Positions 9,197-19,500 of a DNA stretch of 64,000 nt are shown here, in pieces (the first letter of the stretch is position 1; each line of letters begins with the position of its first letter). Position numbers and translations under genes: made by a program. The notes below the pieces were generated by a model that was not told the origin of the DNA, ran no database searches, and was given only the letters and a program-made list of their open reading frames with translations. This stretch comes from Candidatus Eiseniibacteriota bacterium (GTDB lineage Bacteria > Eisenbacteria > RBG-16-71-46 > JABDJR01): the NCBI GenBank assembly GCA_963762255.1, contig CAVXKA010000003.1:896001-960000 (forward strand). Reading direction: 5' to 3'.

Positions 9197-10660
9197 CTAG
9201 ACGTCCGCTGCTTCGTACTTCTTCGCCCAGCGCGAGTAGAAGAAGATGCCGACGGCCGAGACCAGACCCAGAGCGGCGAACGGATACCAGAGCTGGTAGG
9301 GATGGTAGGCATCCCATAGGACGCGGGTCGCCTGCGCCGCGTCGACGTTGAGCACCTCCTGCAGCTTCACCATGGCGTCCCCCCGGGCGACCCCGTCGTT
9401 GATGCCGTGATGTTCCGAGAGGTAGCGCAGGGCCAGGGTCGCCTTCTCCCCCATCCGCTCGTAGGTCTTTCCCCCCAAGAGCGACCCGATCGTCCACCCG
9501 ATCGCGATGGGCATGTTGGCGTAGCCCATGTAGAGGGCTTTCTGTCCCTCGGGGGCGATCACGCCGAGGTAATCGTTCATCTTCGGCGAGGCGAGCATCT
9601 CTCCGACCGAGAAGCAGAGGATGCCGAGGATGCAGAACCAGCCCGACATGGTGAACCCGGCGGCCACGAGCCCGAACGAGGCCACCAGGATGCCGATGAA
9701 GATCGAGGTCACGCGGCGCATGCGCGACACCATCCACGACACCCACATCACGCAGAGCACGATGAGCCCGGAGTTGGCGTTGATGAGCCACTCCTGGGCG
9801 ATCATGGTTCCCCGCGCGGTCTCGGTGGTGAACATCCCGGGCAGGTGAAACGTGCGCACGATCGCGGACGAGTCCACCCAGTCCACGATGAAGTTGGGCA
9901 GCATGTCGAAGAGCTGCATGAACATGAGCCAGAACCCGGCCATGATGAGGATGAATACGGCCAGGCGTGGCTTCACCAGATTGCGGAACGTGATCTTGGC
10001 CACCTTCCAGGGCCCGCCGGTCTGGTCGCCGCCGGCGGCGACCCCCGGATAGGTGAAGAGCATGAAGACATTGAGCGAGACAATGATCGCGCAGCCGAAG
10101 AACACCGTCGGCCAGGAGACGCCGTAGAGGAAGTGCGCCAGCGGCGGTCCCAGGAAGCCGCCGATGTTGACCAGCATGTAGAACGTGCCCCACCCGAGAG
10201 ACGAGTTCTTCTTCGTGAGCTGACGGACCAGGGTTCCCTGGATCCCCGGCTTGAAGATGGCGGTGCCCAGCGCCAGCACGAGGCATCCGAACGTGAACGG
10301 CCAAAACCCGCGTTGCGTGGCCATGAGCAGGTAGCCGACCACCTCGATGCCGATGGAAACGGCGATCGTGCGCTTGTAGCCGTAGCGATCGGCGAAGCCC
10401 CCGGAGAACACCGGGACTCCGGTCTGCACGAGCGCCCAGAGCATGAAGATGAGGCCCTTCTGGCCCTGGGTGAAGTGGAGCCCCCCCGGTTCGTCGGCTT
10501 GGGCGATGTAGATGGGGATGACGACGCGCACGCCGTAGTAGGCGAGCCGTTCCAGCATCTCCATCAGGTTGACCATCCAGAAGGCCCTGGGGAGATGCGA
10601 GAGCTGCTTGACGATGCCCTCGCGGGCACCGGCAAGAACCTCGGCGCTGCTGTGTGACAT
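9197..10660 (-). CDS. MFS transporter, POT/PTR peptide-transporter-like
   Basis: 'EMLERLAYYG' (ExxERxxYY motif), 'FKP', 'FYMLVNIGGFLGP', 'GEMLASP'. Confidence 0.88.
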   Translation of the reverse strand: MSHSSAEVLAGAREGIVKQLSHLPRAFWMVNLMEMLERLAYYGVRVVIPIYIAQADEPGGLHFTQGQKGLIFMLWALVQTGVPVFSGGFADRYGYKRTIAVSIGIEVVGYLLMATQRGFWPFTFGCLVLALGTAIFKPGIQGTLVRQLTKKNSSLGWGTFYMLVNIGGFLGPPLAHFLYGVSWPTVFFGCAIIVSLNVFMLFTYPGVAAGGDQTGGPWKVAKITFRNLVKPRLAVFILIMAGFWLMFMQLFDMLPNFIVDWVDSSAIVRTFHLPGMFTTETARGTMIAQEWLINANSGLIVLCVMWVSWMVSRMRRVTSIFIGILVASFGLVAAGFTMSGWFCILGILCFSVGEMLASPKMNDYLGVIAPEGQKALYMGYANMPIAIGWTIGSLLGGKTYERMGEKATLALRYLSEHHGINDGVARGDAMVKLQEVLNVDAAQATRVLWDAYHPYQLWYPFAALGLVSAVGIFFYSRWAKKYEAADV

Positions 10661-10768
10661 GCGATCCCTCTGCGCGGTTCGAGTAACCGTCCGCTCGATG
10701 AAGACCAAGGGGGAGCGGCGGGAGAGTATACACGGACTGGGCGCATCGCTCTCGCCCGCCCGCGTCGG

Positions 10769-12319
10769 TTAGCGAATCCGGTAGACCGCGAACACGGTGT
10801 CGCGGTAGACCTCGGACCACTGGGGACACACCGGGTCCGGCGGGCGGGTGCGCGCCACCACATGCGTAATGCCGTATACAGTCGCTGCGCGTTCCACACG
10901 GGCACAGACGGAATCGGCAGGCGCGGCGTAGATCGCCCGGCCCGCCTGGATTCTCGTGTGCCATTCCAGAAATTCGTCGTCCATGCGAAGAGGGTGGGAC
11001 TTCCAGGTCACGAGGACGGGCGCTCCCGTCCAGAGTCGGAAATCCATGAACCGGGGATCCTCGGGGGGGACCAGGTATACATCGCCCGGGGACTGTATCC
11101 GGCGCACGAATTCCATCATGGGCGCCGCCGGTTGCGACCGCCTCCCGAGCGTCTCCCTGATCTGCAGCCGTACCCCGATCAAGACGGACGCGGCCAGAAG
11201 GACGGCGGCGAACCCCACCGCGAGCTTCGTGCCCCATGCTTTCTTGCGCGCGATTCCCTCCCAGAATGCGGTCACCAGCAAAGCGAGAAGGATTCCGCTG
11301 GAAATCGGGACCAGGAACGCCGAGACACGCCACGGGGCGAGCAGGGCAAGCGCATCGCTCTTGAGGAGCCACTGCGCGACGGTGAGCAGGGCACCGACCG
11401 TGAACGGAATGAGCAGCACCAGAAACAAGCGCGTCCGGCGAACCGCGACAATGGCTCCAAGCATCAGGGCGACCTGGAGCGCCGCACCGCGGTCGAGCCA
11501 ATCTCTGGGGGACGCGTGGTGCGGAATGCGCTCGCGGACCAGGATCTCCATCCCCGCGCTCCACAGCTCCGGGGAGGCGGGTCGCAGCACCGCGTAGTCA
11601 CGGAGCAGGACCGGCACGACCGGGAGAAGCATGAGGAGCGTCATCATGGCGACCGACCGAACCCCGCGGCCCTCGCGCCGCATGACGACGGCGTAGGCCA
11701 GCGTCAGGCACACCGCTCCAAAGACGTAGGCCGGATGCATGGCCGCCGCAGCCCCCAGCAGCAGCGCAGCGACTCGGTGCCGCCCGCGCAGGAAGAGCAG
11801 CACGGACAGTGGCAAGAGGACGCCGAAGACGCAAGGTTGCAGCACCCGGCCCAGGATGTACTGATCGGCCACGCCGTAGTGAAGGAGTCTCGGCGCGTTC
11901 CAACCGATGGCTTCCCTGGAGAGCCGGCCGAGGAACCGCGAGTGCAGGAACACGAGCAGGGCGAAGTATACGAAGAGCGCGGCGCGGGATCGCCCGATCC
12001 CGGAGCACGCGGCTCCGATCCCGACCAGGGCAAACGCGTACACACCGATGAGGACGACGGAATAGACGTAGAACGCTTCCGGCGGGAACGCGGCGGCCGT
12101 CCACCGGACCAGCGCGGTGAAGAGGGGGAACGGGTCGGTGGTGTTGGCCAGCCAGTCGCGGCTTAAGGATCCGTAGCCGGCGCGGGCGAGCCCGATGAGG
12201 AACTTGCTGTTCTGGTTTCCGGTGAAGAGCGGCGCCTGTGTGTAGGCCAAGGCGAAGGCGAGGCCGGCCAGAGCCCAGCCCGCCGGGCCGAGGAGTCTAG
12301 GCCGGGGCTCGCCCTTCAC
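10769..12319 (-). CDS. Polytopic membrane protein with DUF6798-like C-terminus
   Basis: About 12 TM segments; 'RIPHH', 'FRL.TG.P..VTWKSHP...EWH.RI'. GTG 12319 with GGGGAG RBS (alternative ATG 12337). Confidence 0.7.
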   Translation of the reverse strand: MKGEPRPRLLGPAGWALAGLAFALAYTQAPLFTGNQNSKFLIGLARAGYGSLSRDWLANTTDPFPLFTALVRWTAAAFPPEAFYVYSVVLIGVYAFALVGIGAACSGIGRSRAALFVYFALLVFLHSRFLGRLSREAIGWNAPRLLHYGVADQYILGRVLQPCVFGVLLPLSVLLFLRGRHRVAALLLGAAAAMHPAYVFGAVCLTLAYAVVMRREGRGVRSVAMMTLLMLLPVVPVLLRDYAVLRPASPELWSAGMEILVRERIPHHASPRDWLDRGAALQVALMLGAIVAVRRTRLFLVLLIPFTVGALLTVAQWLLKSDALALLAPWRVSAFLVPISSGILLALLVTAFWEGIARKKAWGTKLAVGFAAVLLAASVLIGVRLQIRETLGRRSQPAAPMMEFVRRIQSPGDVYLVPPEDPRFMDFRLWTGAPVLVTWKSHPLRMDDEFLEWHTRIQAGRAIYAAPADSVCARVERAATVYGITHVVARTRPPDPVCPQWSEVYRDTVFAVYRIR

Positions 12320-12335
12320 GTATTCTCCCCCGCGC

Positions 12336-13838
12336 ATGGAGGCATCGCGTTCGATCCCACGCTTTCGCGTTCTCCCGACCGGCCGGGCGCTGGCGCTCGG
12401 CGGCATCCTCGTCCTGTCGCTCGGACTGAACCTCTGGAACAACGGTTTCCCGCTCGGCTATCACCGCGATGAACCCAAGAAGGTGCGGTTCATTCTGCAA
12501 GGAGAGCAGGACTTCCACCACCCCCTCCTGATGTTGCAGGAGGCGCGTGTGGCGAATCGGGTGCTGGGCCTTGAGGGCAAGCAAGCGGTCGTCGTCCTGG
12601 GTCGGAGCCTGAGCGCCCTGAACGCGACGCTGGCCGTGCTCGTTCTCTTCCTGCTCGCCCGCCGGCGATTGCGATCCCCCTATGCTCTCTGGACCGCCCT
12701 GGCCGCCGCGGTCTCGCCGATTCTCGTCGTGCACGCGCATTACCTCAAGGAGGACGTTCTCCTCACGCTCTTCTGCGTGCTGACCCTCTTCGCCCTGTTC
12801 CGGTATCTGGAGCGACCCGCGTGGCGAAGCGCCATGCTCCTGGGCCTCTGCGCGGGGCTCGGGGTGGCGTCGCATTTCAAGGCGAGCCTCCTCTTCCCGG
12901 TCATGGCCGCGGCCCCGCTCCTCGGCCGGTTTCCCGAACGGAGGCGAATCTACCTTGGGCTCCTCGCCGCGGGCGCAGTCTCGGCGGCGGTCTTTCTGCT
13001 CGTCAACTACCCCATCCTGCTCGACCTGCGGCGCTCGGGCATTCTGGCCGGCCTGACCCACGATCTGAACCTGCTCGGGGAAGGCAAGGACGTGCGAATC
13101 GATCCCATCCCGCAGTTCTTCGCGTTCCACCTTCGACAGAGTCTCGTGCCCGGCATGACGCTTGCCGCCGCCGCGATCGGCCTCGCCGGGGCCGCGGCCG
13201 CACTCGTTCGTTGGAGAACGATCGAGGCCCCGGAGCGGATCCTGCTGGTCTATCTCGCGGTCTTCTACGCCTCGATCGAGATCACGCCGTTCAAGCCGTA
13301 CCCCGACTTCATGCGCTACGTCATGCCCCTGGTGCCCGTCCTCGCCTATTTCGGAGTACGCCTCATCGAGAGTCTTCGCCGAGCTGCGCCTACCTCGGCG
13401 GGCCGCTTGGCTTCGGCCGTCCTGATGGCGCTCCTCATCGTGCCGCCTCTGCAAGCCGCGCTGCGTCTCGACTACCACCTCGTTCGGGACACGCGCGCCG
13501 AGGCACAGCGGCGCGCTCCCGCGCTGGGAGGCACGGTTCTCTTCGGGAACTACGCGTCGATCGACGGCCGGCGGAAGCTTGCCGAGGACTCCCTGGATTC
13601 TCTGCGCGCGCAGGGGGTCACGCATCTCGCGGTGTCGAGCTTCGACTACGACCGCTATCTCTTCGCAGCGAAGCTGGCGAATCAGGGTGCGTCCACCTAC
13701 CGACGCGCCGGCGCCTACGAGGCGATGTTCCGCCTTCCTACCATCGAGATCCGGCCCGCCTACCGAAGCTTCGGCTTCAGCAATCCCGTGATTCGCATCG
13801 TGGACATCCGCCGCGAACCCGCGGGCAAGAGCGGGTGA
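12336..13838 (+). CDS. GT-C (ArnT/PMT, GT39-like) membrane glycosyltransferase
   Basis: 'GYHRDE' DE motif after the first TM, 'HHP', 'HAHYLKED', 'RY.MPLVP'. Confidence 0.8.
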   Translation: MEASRSIPRFRVLPTGRALALGGILVLSLGLNLWNNGFPLGYHRDEPKKVRFILQGEQDFHHPLLMLQEARVANRVLGLEGKQAVVVLGRSLSALNATLAVLVLFLLARRRLRSPYALWTALAAAVSPILVVHAHYLKEDVLLTLFCVLTLFALFRYLERPAWRSAMLLGLCAGLGVASHFKASLLFPVMAAAPLLGRFPERRRIYLGLLAAGAVSAAVFLLVNYPILLDLRRSGILAGLTHDLNLLGEGKDVRIDPIPQFFAFHLRQSLVPGMTLAAAAIGLAGAAAALVRWRTIEAPERILLVYLAVFYASIEITPFKPYPDFMRYVMPLVPVLAYFGVRLIESLRRAAPTSAGRLASAVLMALLIVPPLQAALRLDYHLVRDTRAEAQRRAPALGGTVLFGNYASIDGRRKLAEDSLDSLRAQGVTHLAVSSFDYDRYLFAAKLANQGASTYRRAGAYEAMFRLPTIEIRPAYRSFGFSNPVIRIVDIRREPAGKSG

Positions 13839-14773
13839 TCGTGCGTCCGAGCCGCACGACGCTCGCCCTCTCCACGCTGGGGTTGTTCCTCGTCTGGAGC
13901 AACAGCTTCATCGCGATCAGCTTCCTTCTCGGCGGGGACCGTTCCCCCGCACGGCTCGACTGGGTGAGCCTCACGGTGGCGCGCTTCCTTCCCGCCGCCG
14001 CGGTGTGCGGCGTCTACTGCCTGGGATTCCATCGTCGCGAATCGATCGATGTTCTGCGCCACTATTGGCGGCGGCTTCTGGCCTGCGCGGTCATGGCCGT
14101 GCCGGCCTACAATCTGGCCCTCTACTACGGGCAGCAACACGGCGTGCCCGCGCCGATCGCTTCGCTCACCACCACGCTTCTGCCCCTCATGGTGATGACG
14201 CTGGCCGCGATCGTCCTGCACGAGCCCCTGACGCGGAATCGCGTCCTGGGATTCATCGTTTCCGGGACGGGGATGGGCCTCGTGGCGTTCGCTCGACGAA
14301 GCGAAATGGGCGAAACCTACCCGCTGACGGTGGCCATCACCGCGCTCGCCCCCCTGAGCTGGTCGATGTACACCGTGCTCAGCAAGCCGCTCGCTCACCG
14401 CGTGCCCCCGCTCCTCTGGACGTACCTCTCGGTGGCTCTGGGCGGGCTTCTCGTGCTGCCGCTCCTGCCGGGGCAGGTGTGGGTGCAGTGCCGTAATCTG
14501 GACGGCGCTGGATGGGCGGCGGTCCTCTATCTGACCTTTCCGTGCACCGTGCTCGGTTTCGCGGTGTGGACTTGGTTGCTCAAGCACGTCCCCGCGTCGT
14601 CGGTGGGGTTCACCGTCTTCCTCAACCCTCCCCTCACCACGATCTCCAAGCTCGCGCTGGCCGCCGCGGTCCCCACGGTGTTCCTCTTCCACGTCGCGGC
14701 ACAGGAACTCGTCGGCGGCGCCGTTGCGCTGGCCGGCCTCCTCATTGCGGTAGCGCCTCGGCGCCGACCGTGA
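13835..14773 (+). CDS. DMT/EamA family transporter
   Basis: GTGA overlap with the upstream gene; 10 TM; 'WSNSF', 'RF', 'LHEPLT', 'W.WLLKHVPA'. Confidence 0.88.
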   Translation: MIVRPSRTTLALSTLGLFLVWSNSFIAISFLLGGDRSPARLDWVSLTVARFLPAAAVCGVYCLGFHRRESIDVLRHYWRRLLACAVMAVPAYNLALYYGQQHGVPAPIASLTTTLLPLMVMTLAAIVLHEPLTRNRVLGFIVSGTGMGLVAFARRSEMGETYPLTVAITALAPLSWSMYTVLSKPLAHRVPPLLWTYLSVALGGLLVLPLLPGQVWVQCRNLDGAGWAAVLYLTFPCTVLGFAVWTWLLKHVPASSVGFTVFLNPPLTTISKLALAAAVPTVFLFHVAAQELVGGAVALAGLLIAVAPRRRP

Positions 14774-14826
14774 ACACTCAAGGGATTTTCGGCTCCAGCC
14801 TGCGCAGAACCACCCACAAAAGAGAC

Positions 14827-14868
14827 GACCCGCCCCCCCGAGCCCCTGAGGGCCCGAGTGGGCGGGTC
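14827..14868. terminator. GC-rich hairpin between convergent genes
   Basis: GACCCGCCC...GGGCGGGTC stem downstream of both the DMT gene and the secreted-protein pair. Confidence 0.45.
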
Positions 14869-14892
14869 TGACCCGCGTGCGAGTCTCTCTCT

Positions 14893-15594
14893 CTAGTTGC
14901 CGTACATCGATTTGATCTGGCCCCACGTGCCGCGCTCGGTTCCCACCGGGCAGTTCAGATCGATCTTGCCATCGTGCCGAAAGATGTACCCGGGGATCAG
15001 CACGCTTGGGTTCCAGGTGATCCCGCCGGTGAAGAGACCGGGACAGGGCTCTCCGTTCCCGCTGTTGACCCGGCTGAGCAGCGTTCCTCCCGTCCAGAGA
15101 ATCGTCCCTTCCATGTTCCCAACCCCGAACACGGTGAAGTTGTTGGTCTGGGTATAGAACGACGTGAAAGACCCGGAGAGGATCAGCGTGCCGTCGACGA
15201 AGTTCGCCGGCACGGTCGCGTTCGGCGGGAAGGGATCGTACGAGGAGTTCCGCGGGGTTCCCTCGTAGATTTCGATGAACCCGCCGGTGTAGTTGGTGAT
15301 GTAGAAGGTCGTCGCCGGCGGACCCTGGGCTACGGTGCCCTGGGAGAGCAGCGAGTGGATGTAGATCGTGTATTCCTTGCCGGGATCGTTCGCGTCGAGA
15401 TCGGCGAAGGGGGCGTCGAAGCTGCTCACGAGCCCTACGGCATACAGGATCCCTCCCGGGAGCGAGTTGGTCGGGGTCGCCCCCGCCTCCCAGGTGAAGA
15501 CCGGATCCCAATCGATGGAAGCGCCGGCAAAGGCCGACCCGGAGAGCGCGCCGACGAGCAGAACGGCGCTGAGCGTCGTAGTCAGGAGTTTCAT
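14893..15594 (-). CDS. Secreted beta-rich protein with C-terminal TWGQIKSMY tag
   Basis: Sec signal peptide (AFA cleavage site), GAGG RBS; ends 'PVGTERGTWGQIKSMYGN'; paralog of the upstream gene. Confidence 0.85.
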   Translation of the reverse strand: MKLLTTTLSAVLLVGALSGSAFAGASIDWDPVFTWEAGATPTNSLPGGILYAVGLVSSFDAPFADLDANDPGKEYTIYIHSLLSQGTVAQGPPATTFYITNYTGGFIEIYEGTPRNSSYDPFPPNATVPANFVDGTLILSGSFTSFYTQTNNFTVFGVGNMEGTILWTGGTLLSRVNSGNGEPCPGLFTGGITWNPSVLIPGYIFRHDGKIDLNCPVGTERGTWGQIKSMYGN

Positions 15595-15637
15595 GCGTCA
15601 CCTCTATGTGTGCAGGTCATAGTGTCGGCCGCCGTCA

Positions 15638-16327
15638 TCAGCGATAGGTGGTCTTGAGCCGGCCCCAGGTGGTCTGTCGGGTCGGCACCGCCGGGTTGAG
15701 GAAGATCTGCCCGTCAATCTGATGAGCGTACCCGGAGGGACGGTTCAACTCGTTCCCTGTGGCGCCGGCGAAAGTCCACCCGCTGCGCTGGTTCGCCGGG
15801 ATGTTTCCGTACTGCGAACCCCCGGTCACGTCGAACTGGGCTTCGTAGCTCCCCGAGTTGTTCGCGGTGTTGAGGACCAACTGAAACCCGGTGAGCGATC
15901 CCTCCAGGAAGAGGCTTCCGTCGACGAAGCTCGCAGGAGCGCTCGCGTTCGGAGGGTACGTGCCATAGGTGGCGGCCGTGCCACCCAGCTTCGCATCCTC
16001 GTAAACGCGGATGAAGCCGGGGCCCGAGTAGTTGATGATGATGAAGCTTCCGACCGGGATCAGGCTCGACACGGTGAGCCCGTCGATGAAGTAGGTGTAC
16101 TGGTAGTTCGCCGTGTCGGGCAGGAGTGGCGCGAACAGGTTCGGCACGAATCCGATTCCGTGATAGCCGGAGCCGGCCTCCCCGAACTGGGAGGGGATCG
16201 GATCGGGCGACTCGTAGTCGTACCCCACGTAGTCTACGAGAAGCGTCTGCGCCTGGACGGTCCCGGGGTTGAGGAAGGGAGTCAGTAGGACGAGAAGCAG
16301 GAGCACGAAGGGTGCGGATTTCATCAT
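15638..16327 (-). CDS. Secreted beta-rich protein with C-terminal TWGRLKTTYR tag
   Basis: ATG 16327 with GAGG RBS, signal peptide; shares 'PPNA..PA.FVDG.L.L.G', 'F..P' and 'Y...DG.I.LN' blocks with the downstream paralog. Confidence 0.85.
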   Translation of the reverse strand: MMKSAPFVLLLLVLLTPFLNPGTVQAQTLLVDYVGYDYESPDPIPSQFGEAGSGYHGIGFVPNLFAPLLPDTANYQYTYFIDGLTVSSLIPVGSFIIINYSGPGFIRVYEDAKLGGTAATYGTYPPNASAPASFVDGSLFLEGSLTGFQLVLNTANNSGSYEAQFDVTGGSQYGNIPANQRSGWTFAGATGNELNRPSGYAHQIDGQIFLNPAVPTRQTTWGRLKTTYR

Positions 16328-16506
16328 GGAGACCTCGCTGTGATCGATCCCTTGACGCGGATTCAAGCCCGCGTCCTTCCGGGACCGAAGGGAAGGAGGC
16401 ACGCGAATGAAGGGAACGCTATTCAGGGCGGGGGGGACCATCCCTGGCGATCGTTTATTCCGGGCTGGCCTGACAGGGACACCTAGAGCCCGGACTGATT
16501 GACGAC

Positions 16507-16536
16507 AATTTAACTCATCTTTCAACCGTTGTGCAA
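16507..16536 (-). promoter_or_regulatory. Putative sigma70 promoter for the secreted-protein pair
   Basis: TTGCAC-N17/18-TTAAAT/TAAATT in an AT-rich patch. Confidence 0.45.
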
Positions 16537-16555
16537 CGAATAATTCCAAGACAAT

Positions 16556-19500
16556 CTACTGAGGGTCTAATTCAGGAGACGGGTGTCCGATGGGCGAGCC
16601 CGCCGAGGACCGCTCCAGCCACGTGACCGCCTGGCCAACCGCCTCCTCGAAACTCAGGGTTAGAGCCCGGTTAAGTTCTTGCTGGAACGCGATTTCACCG
16701 ACATTTGTCCTCACCCTGTCCAGGAAGGAAGCCCGCTCCTGCTGCTCGGCGGGCGAGAGCGGAGAGCCGATCTCTTCCCGGAGGGCGCGAGCCGCGCCAA
16801 GGAAGCGAATAGCCTGACCTGGATCATCAAGACGGAACGCTAACTCGGCCACGCCTTCCAGCGCATAGGCTCCCTCACGCTTCGCCGCGATCTCCCGCAC
16901 GATGCTCAGGCTTCCAGCCAATCCGCCTGCCGCGGCCGCGAGATCCCCCAGGCGCGCCGAGGCCACCGCGAGATCGGCCAGCGTCAGCGCGGTGTGCTTC
17001 AAGTCCCCCACGTCTTTCAGGAGCCCGAGCGATCTGCGGTAGAACTCCGCGGCGGACGCGGCGTCTCCCTCGCACAGCGAGAGAAACCCCAGGTTGTGCA
17101 GGGTGACCGCGGCGCCGCGCTTGTCGCCCGCCGCCTCGTAGCCGGCAAGCACTTCCTCGCCGTACCCCCGCGCCGCAGCGTAGTCGCACTGGTAGGTCGC
17201 GACCGTCGCGAGCCCGCTCAACGAACGTGCTATCCCCTTCTTGTCGCCGAGCGTTCTGTAGATGGCGAGGCTCTCCTCGATGGGCGACCGCGCCGCCGCA
17301 TAGTCGCCCTGATAGAGCGCCATCCCTCCCAGACGCACCAGCGCACCGGCGCGCGCCGCGGTGGGAGCGGCCGCGGAGTCGAGGCGCAGCGACTGGCCCA
17401 GTGTCGCGCGCCCGAGTTCGTAGATCCCTCGTCCCGACCAGAACCGGGCAAGAGCGCAAGCGAGCCGAAGCCCTTTCTCGGAGCCGGACGACGTGCTCGG
17501 GCACCACGCCATGGCCCCGAGGAGATTGGGGTGCTCCACGTCAAGCCGCGCGAACCACTCCTTCTGGTTCGGCCCCACCAACTCTTTCTCCGCGGCCTCG
17601 CCCAGGGCCAGGAAGAAGTCGAGGTGGCGATCCGAAACCGCGGCGGTCTCGCCGGCCTCGTCGAGCCGCTCGACGGCGTACTGACGAACCGTCTCCAGGT
17701 AGTGGTAGCGCGCGGTTTCCCCCAGCGACTCCACCACGATCAGCGACTTGTCCACCAGCCGCGTGATCAAGTCGAGCACTTCAAACTCGTCGGCGTCCTT
17801 GCCCCACACCGCGGTCGCCGCTTCCAGGGTCCAGCCCCCCGCGAAAACGGCGAGGCACCGTGATAGCTGCCGTTCCAACTCCGCGAGATGGTCGTAGCTC
17901 CACTGAATCGTGGCCCGCAGCGTCTGCTGCCGGGGCAGGGCCGCGCGGCTCCCTCCGGTGAGAAGCCGGAACCGATCGTCCAGCTTGGCGCGGATCTGCT
18001 CCACGGAAAGCACTTTGACTCGCGCCGCCGCGAGTTCGATGGCGAGAGGGATGCCGTCGAGGCGCCGGCAGATCTCCCCCACCGCCGGCCCGTTCTCGGC
18101 GGTGAGATCGAATCCAGTCTGCGCCTGGGACGCGCGGTCCAGGAAGAGCCGCACGGACTCGTACCCTCGCATCGCGACCGGGTCGGTCGCGATCGCCTCG
18201 GACGGGAGTCGCAGAGTGGGGACGGCGAAAGCGACCTCGCCCGCGACCCCCAACGCCTCGCGGCTCGTGGCGAGAAGACGCACGTCCGCGCACGACTTGA
18301 GGAGGAGCGCGGCGAGATCGCCGCTCGCGGCGACGAGATGCTCGCAGTTGTCGAGCAGGATGAGTGCGCGGCGCGCGCCCAGGTGCTCGACCAGGGCCTG
18401 TGCGGTCGTCTTCCCCGGCTCGTCGCGCAGGCCGAGTGAGAGCGCCAGCGCGACGACCACTCGATCCGGTTCGGTGACGGAGGCGAGATCGACGAACCAG
18501 ATGCCGTCGGGGTACTCGGGCAGAAGCCGCGCCGCGACTTGCAGGGCGAGTCGGGTCTTTCCGCTTCCGCCGACTCCCGTCAGCGTGAGGATCCGCGCAT
18601 CGCCGAGGAGCCGCAGGCACTCCTCCGTCTCTCGCTCGCGTCCCACGAAGCTGGTCGCACTGCCTGGCAAGTTGTTGGCGGTGGCCGCCACCCCTTCGCC
18701 GGTGCGCAGCGCCGACGCACGCCGGATGCCCAGAGCCTCTTCGATCTCGGTGCGAGCGAGACGGATTTCGGGGAGACGCCCGCCGACATCCTTGATCAGA
18801 CAACGGCCGAGCAGCTCGCGAACGCGGGACGGTGTCAGGGCGGGAAGCGCCGAGCCATCGATCTCCCGCTCCAACGTCGCGGCGAACACTTCGGCCAGCG
18901 TCCGTCCGGAAAACGCGCGTCGTCCGGAAAGGCACTCATAGAGGAGGCACCCGAACGCGAAGACGTCGGTGCGCGCGTCCTGCGGCTCCGCGCGAATCTG
19001 TTCCGGACTCATGTAGCCCGGCGTGCCCACCACTTCGTCATCGGCCGCTTCATCGACCGATGCGCCGACGAGCGTGGCCTCGCCGTCCCAGGTGTCGGGG
19101 GGCGGTGCGGGGGACGAGCGCCCCGACGCGCTCGACTCCGCGGTCCGAGCCAATCCGAAGTCCAGTACCTTCACCACGCCGCGAGGACCCAGCATCACGT
19201 TTCCGGGCTTGAGATCGCGGTGGATCACGCCCCGTTCATGGGCGACCTCGAGGGCCTCGGCGACCTTCGCGCAGACCTGCAGCGCCTCTTCCACGGCCAG
19301 CGGCCCGCGCGCGAGGCGCTCGGCGAGCGACTCCCCTTCCACGCGCTCCAGGACGAGGAAGAGCGTGCCCGGAGCCGGTTCTTCAAAACCGTGGATGATC
19401 GCGATGTGGGGGTGATTGAGCGCGGCCAGGGTGAGCGCTTCGCGGCGAAACAGAGCGAGCCGCTGCGGATCGCGCGCGAAGGGGCCCGGCAGCATCTTGA

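Noticed and set aside
12821-13834. 5' extensions of the track ORFs for DMT, GT4 (25110), RimK (28998), nadC (59338), birA and cvpA
   Set aside because: They overlap upstream genes in another frame; the true starts are the coupled downstream codons.
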